From the NCBI GenBank assembly GCA_040220235.1, contig JAVJTO010000092.1: 64,000 bases of DNA; one strand, 5' to 3'. The position numbers and the translations under genes were made by a program. Source of the stretch: Coleofasciculus sp. B1-GNL1-01 (lineage in GTDB: Bacteria > Cyanobacteriota > Cyanobacteriia > Cyanobacteriales > Coleofasciculaceae). A model generated the notes under the pieces. It ran no database searches, was not told the DNA's origin, and was given only the letters and a program-made list of their open reading frames with translations. The first letter of the stretch is position 1. Every line of letters begins with the position of its first letter. Positions 61,101 to 64,000 of this stretch are shown here, one piece after another.

Positions 61101-63653
61101 ATGGTATCCCTAACCCCCAGCATTTACTCCCAGGTAACCCTACCCAACACCACTCCCATGGCTAGTGAACCCCTCGACTACCCCTTTCTCTTACTCACCC
61201 ATCTGGTTTGTGCCGATCGCCAAATTCATCGGGAAGAGTCGAAACTCTTGCATGAGTTGGCTGATCAAACTCAGATGGGACAACAGACAATCCACGAAAT
61301 GGAGAAAATTCTCGCCCAAGAGAAAACTCTCCTCCCTGTCAAGGACATCGCCCAGCAAATCCCCCCCGAACAGCAACCCGAAGCGATGCAGCAACTCTTG
61401 GCGATCGCCTATGTCGATGGACTCTTTTCCCCCTTGGAACAGCAAATGATTGCACAGGTGGCGCAGATTTGGCACTGGGATGCGACAGAGGTGGAACAGA
61501 TGGTGACTCAAGCCCAAACCCTGCAAGCCAACCGGGAAAAAGATAGGGAGTCTCTCCCTGAGAAACTCTCACTCAGCGCGATTTTACTCATGGGTGCAGA
61601 GTCTATCTTATCCCGCACCTTAATCGCTAAACTTGCCACCTTCGCCCCTGAAACCCTGGGACGCCGCATTGTCCAATTGCAACGGCAAATCCTTGTAGCC
61701 GGACCCGACTACGAAGAGGCGGTGCAACAAAATAGTATTATTGCACGGGAAGATTATCGCTTCGCTGAAACTGCATTCACGGATACTGAATCCACGTTAA
61801 TCGGCTTAAATCAAACCCTAAAACTAACCCTAGAAAACCTCCAGAAAACCATTCATCAGCAGCCGACAAATCCAACCACACAAGAATTAATCAATCAATT
61901 CAACCAAACCCAACAAACCCTAGCCGCCGAGATTAGAGAAGAACTGGATAGTGTACGCGAATCCCTCTGGGCAAAACAACGCGCCTTGCACCATTTTAGT
62001 CTGGCGGTTATGGGAAAAACCAAAGTCGGCAAAAGTACTCTTCATGCGATTATTATTGGGGAAGGCTGGGAAGCGATTGGTAGTGGAGGACAGCGCACGA
62101 CTCGCTTTAATCGAGTGTATGATTGGAAAAATATTCGCATTATCGATACCCCCGGAATTGGCGCACCAGGGGGGAAAAGTGAAGAGGAAATTGTCGAAAG
62201 TGTGATTGAAGAATCGGATCTAATTTGCTATGTCGTCACCAATGACAGCATCCAAGAAACCGAGTTCCAATTTTTGCAGAAGTTAAAAGCCAAGGCAAAA
62301 CCCTTAATTATTCTGCTCAACCTGAAATATAATCTGCGTGATCCGCGTCGCTTAGATTATTTCTTAAAAAATCCCGATAAACTCTTTACCCTAGAAGGAA
62401 ATAGTGGGATTGCTGGACATATCGATCGCATCCGTCGTTATGCCCAAAACCATTATGCCAACGACTATTTTGATATTATTCCCGTCATGCTGCTGGCGGC
62501 ACAAATGGCAAGCGAACCTGAACACCAAGCCAATCAGGAAAAACTGTTCAAAGCCAGTCGCATTCAGGACTTTTTAGACTCCATCCGCGAATCCCTAGTC
62601 AAGCATGGCGCGATTCGGCGATCGCAAACGCTTCTGGGTTCCACTGTGGGGACAATTGAACGCCCCTACCATTGGATGAGTCAGAAATCCCAAAGCTATC
62701 ACCAATTGAGTACAACCCTTACCCGTCAACGGGAAACCTTACAGGCGCAAATCAAAACGGCGGGTAAGGATCATCTGGAATTCCTCCTGTATCAAATTGG
62801 CAGCATTTTTCAAGATATTTTCAATAGTTTACCCGATTTTGCTGAATCCAATTGGAACTTCAGTCAGGAAAGCTTAAGACAAAATTGGGATTATAAACTG
62901 CAAGCACTGCAAATTGATGAGCGCCTGCAACATGCCTATCAAACGACGGTGCAAAACTTCAATCGTGATGTAGAAATTGCCTTATCTGAATTGGGAACCG
63001 ATTTACAATTACTGGCTCATAGTGGTAGGGATAATTTACAATTTTTCCCAAGTCCTGCCGATCTGTACAGTGATAATGCCGCACAAATTGGCGGGAGTTT
63101 CCTGAGACTCTCCCAAACCATGGTGACTCATTTTAGTCCCCCGGTGAACAAAACAGTGATGATGGGGGCAGTTGTGCTGAATAGCATTTTAGGTATTTTT
63201 ACAACCCGCGAACAAAAACGTCATTTTGCCGTTCAACGGTTGTCTAAGTTGTTAACGCCACAAATCCAAGCCAGTCAGCGCAAAATTGAGGAACAAGCGG
63301 CTAATAGTTTTCGCGAGTATTACCGCCATGCAGCCGGGAGTATTATGCGCTATATCGAGGGACTGATTCAAGAGTTTGAGCTAATTTCAAAACAGTTTAA
63401 TCAGCCTCACCAACAACTCAGCAATACAATTAATCGGCTGAATAGAGCGTATAGTAAGCGGATTGTTGATTGGTGTCAAAGCCACTATGAACCCTTAACT
63501 GAAGCTGGAATTAATAAAACAGTTACCCAAGTGAAACGGGAGTTTGGTAAACAGATTGATATTCAAACCAAATTTCAAGTCCGATCTCACCTAGACAGCC
63601 AGGAAATTAATCGGATTTTGCAAGAAGATGTGTCGATGCATCGGCTTCAGTAG
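61101..63653 (+). CDS. TerB-like N-terminal domain, coiled coil and dynamin/Era-like GTPase
   Basis: LVCADRQIHREE and IAYVDGLFSPLEQQMI (TerB-like); G1 GKTKVGKST, G2 TT, G3 DTPG, G4 NLK; start at 61101 or 61158 is uncertain. Confidence 0.75.
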   Translation: MVSLTPSIYSQVTLPNTTPMASEPLDYPFLLLTHLVCADRQIHREESKLLHELADQTQMGQQTIHEMEKILAQEKTLLPVKDIAQQIPPEQQPEAMQQLLAIAYVDGLFSPLEQQMIAQVAQIWHWDATEVEQMVTQAQTLQANREKDRESLPEKLSLSAILLMGAESILSRTLIAKLATFAPETLGRRIVQLQRQILVAGPDYEEAVQQNSIIAREDYRFAETAFTDTESTLIGLNQTLKLTLENLQKTIHQQPTNPTTQELINQFNQTQQTLAAEIREELDSVRESLWAKQRALHHFSLAVMGKTKVGKSTLHAIIIGEGWEAIGSGGQRTTRFNRVYDWKNIRIIDTPGIGAPGGKSEEEIVESVIEESDLICYVVTNDSIQETEFQFLQKLKAKAKPLIILLNLKYNLRDPRRLDYFLKNPDKLFTLEGNSGIAGHIDRIRRYAQNHYANDYFDIIPVMLLAAQMASEPEHQANQEKLFKASRIQDFLDSIRESLVKHGAIRRSQTLLGSTVGTIERPYHWMSQKSQSYHQLSTTLTRQRETLQAQIKTAGKDHLEFLLYQIGSIFQDIFNSLPDFAESNWNFSQESLRQNWDYKLQALQIDERLQHAYQTTVQNFNRDVEIALSELGTDLQLLAHSGRDNLQFFPSPADLYSDNAAQIGGSFLRLSQTMVTHFSPPVNKTVMMGAVVLNSILGIFTTREQKRHFAVQRLSKLLTPQIQASQRKIEEQAANSFREYYRHAAGSIMRYIEGLIQEFELISKQFNQPHQQLSNTINRLNRAYSKRIVDWCQSHYEPLTEAGINKTVTQVKREFGKQIDIQTKFQVRSHLDSQEINRILQEDVSMHRLQ

Positions 63654-63666
63654 ATGAGGGAGTAAT

Positions 63667-63842
63667 GTAGAGACGTAGCATGCTACGTCTGGGAGCAGGG
63701 GGAGATGGGGAAGATTGTGTAGGGGCGGGTTTCACTACTATCTTTTTGGTTACACCCAGATGTAACTAAACCCGCCCCGACTGTACATAAGACGAATGAC
63801 ATAAGACAAATAACAAATGACAAATGACAAAGGACAAATAAC
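63667..63842 (+). repeat. Composite short REP + nonamer + REP family A + heptamer element
   Basis: gtagagacgtagcatgctacgtct, gggagcagggggag, REP at 63719-63778, (aatgaca)n. Confidence 0.8.
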
Positions 63843-64000
63843 GAATCAATTTAAATCAGCGGTTGTCGCGTCTAAGTTAACGACAGCTTGTATAAAGTTT
63901 GACAAATACCTGGCGAAAATAAATCGAACGCCTCTCACTGATATTCGTCAAAAACTACGACAAGAACTTAATACCTATCGCCATCAGGGAATGCTGAGTG
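63817..64000 (+). CDS. Partial ORF running off the window end
   Basis: Manual translation MTNDKGQITNQFKSAVVASKLTTACIKFDKYLAKINRTPLTDIRQKLRQELNTYRHQGMLS.. with no stop. Confidence 0.55.
   Translation, partial: MTNDKGQITNQFKSAVVASKLTTACIKFDKYLAKINRTPLTDIRQKLRQELNTYRHQGMLS

Noticed and set aside
60929..61165. Short ORFs with DGE/PIF repeats
   Set aside because: Translations of the nonamer repeat

Overview
Chromosomal segment of a filamentous cyanobacterium. The evidence is very frequent HIP1 GCGATCGC octamers, STRR heptamer tracts and a ccs1-ccdA pair; a Coleofasciculus/Oscillatoriales-like origin is my inference. Left to right: two tandem ParA/Soj ATPases; an ABC-ATPase plus TOPRIM-like (DUF4276) pair; and a convergent three-gene operon of an RcaD-like protein, a P-loop ATPase and a soluble Cas4-like Fe-S nuclease/DEDDy exonuclease/FtsK motor fusion. 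Next come an approximately 15 kb polysaccharide cluster (GT2s, GT4s, pyruvyltransferase, sulfotransferase, FrhB-like protein, gmd), a HEAT-repeat protein, ccs1-ccdA, tldD, a 53-aa pirA with an NtcA box that the ORF track misses, an isochorismatase and a lipoate ligase. These are followed by a complete Ptx/Pix-like chemosensory cluster, Uma2 nucleases, a dual-specificity phosphatase with laforin-like architecture, a repeat-delimited Uma2/LRR/toxin-antitoxin array next to mutS, a DUF3160-like protein and a TerB-GTPase. Intergenic DNA is crowded with GTAG-type REP/REPIN hairpins, MITE-like elements and short tandem repeats, several of which lie inside coding sequence. The best candidate for an undescribed system is the RcaD-ATPase-nuclease/FtsK operon (4928-10588) with its neighbouring ABC/TOPRIM pair. 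Secondary candidates are the possible bacterial glucan phosphatase and the HIP1-bounded cassette-like array. I recognised no rRNA, tRNA, CRISPR array or transposase. All family assignments come from motif recognition by eye, not database searches.
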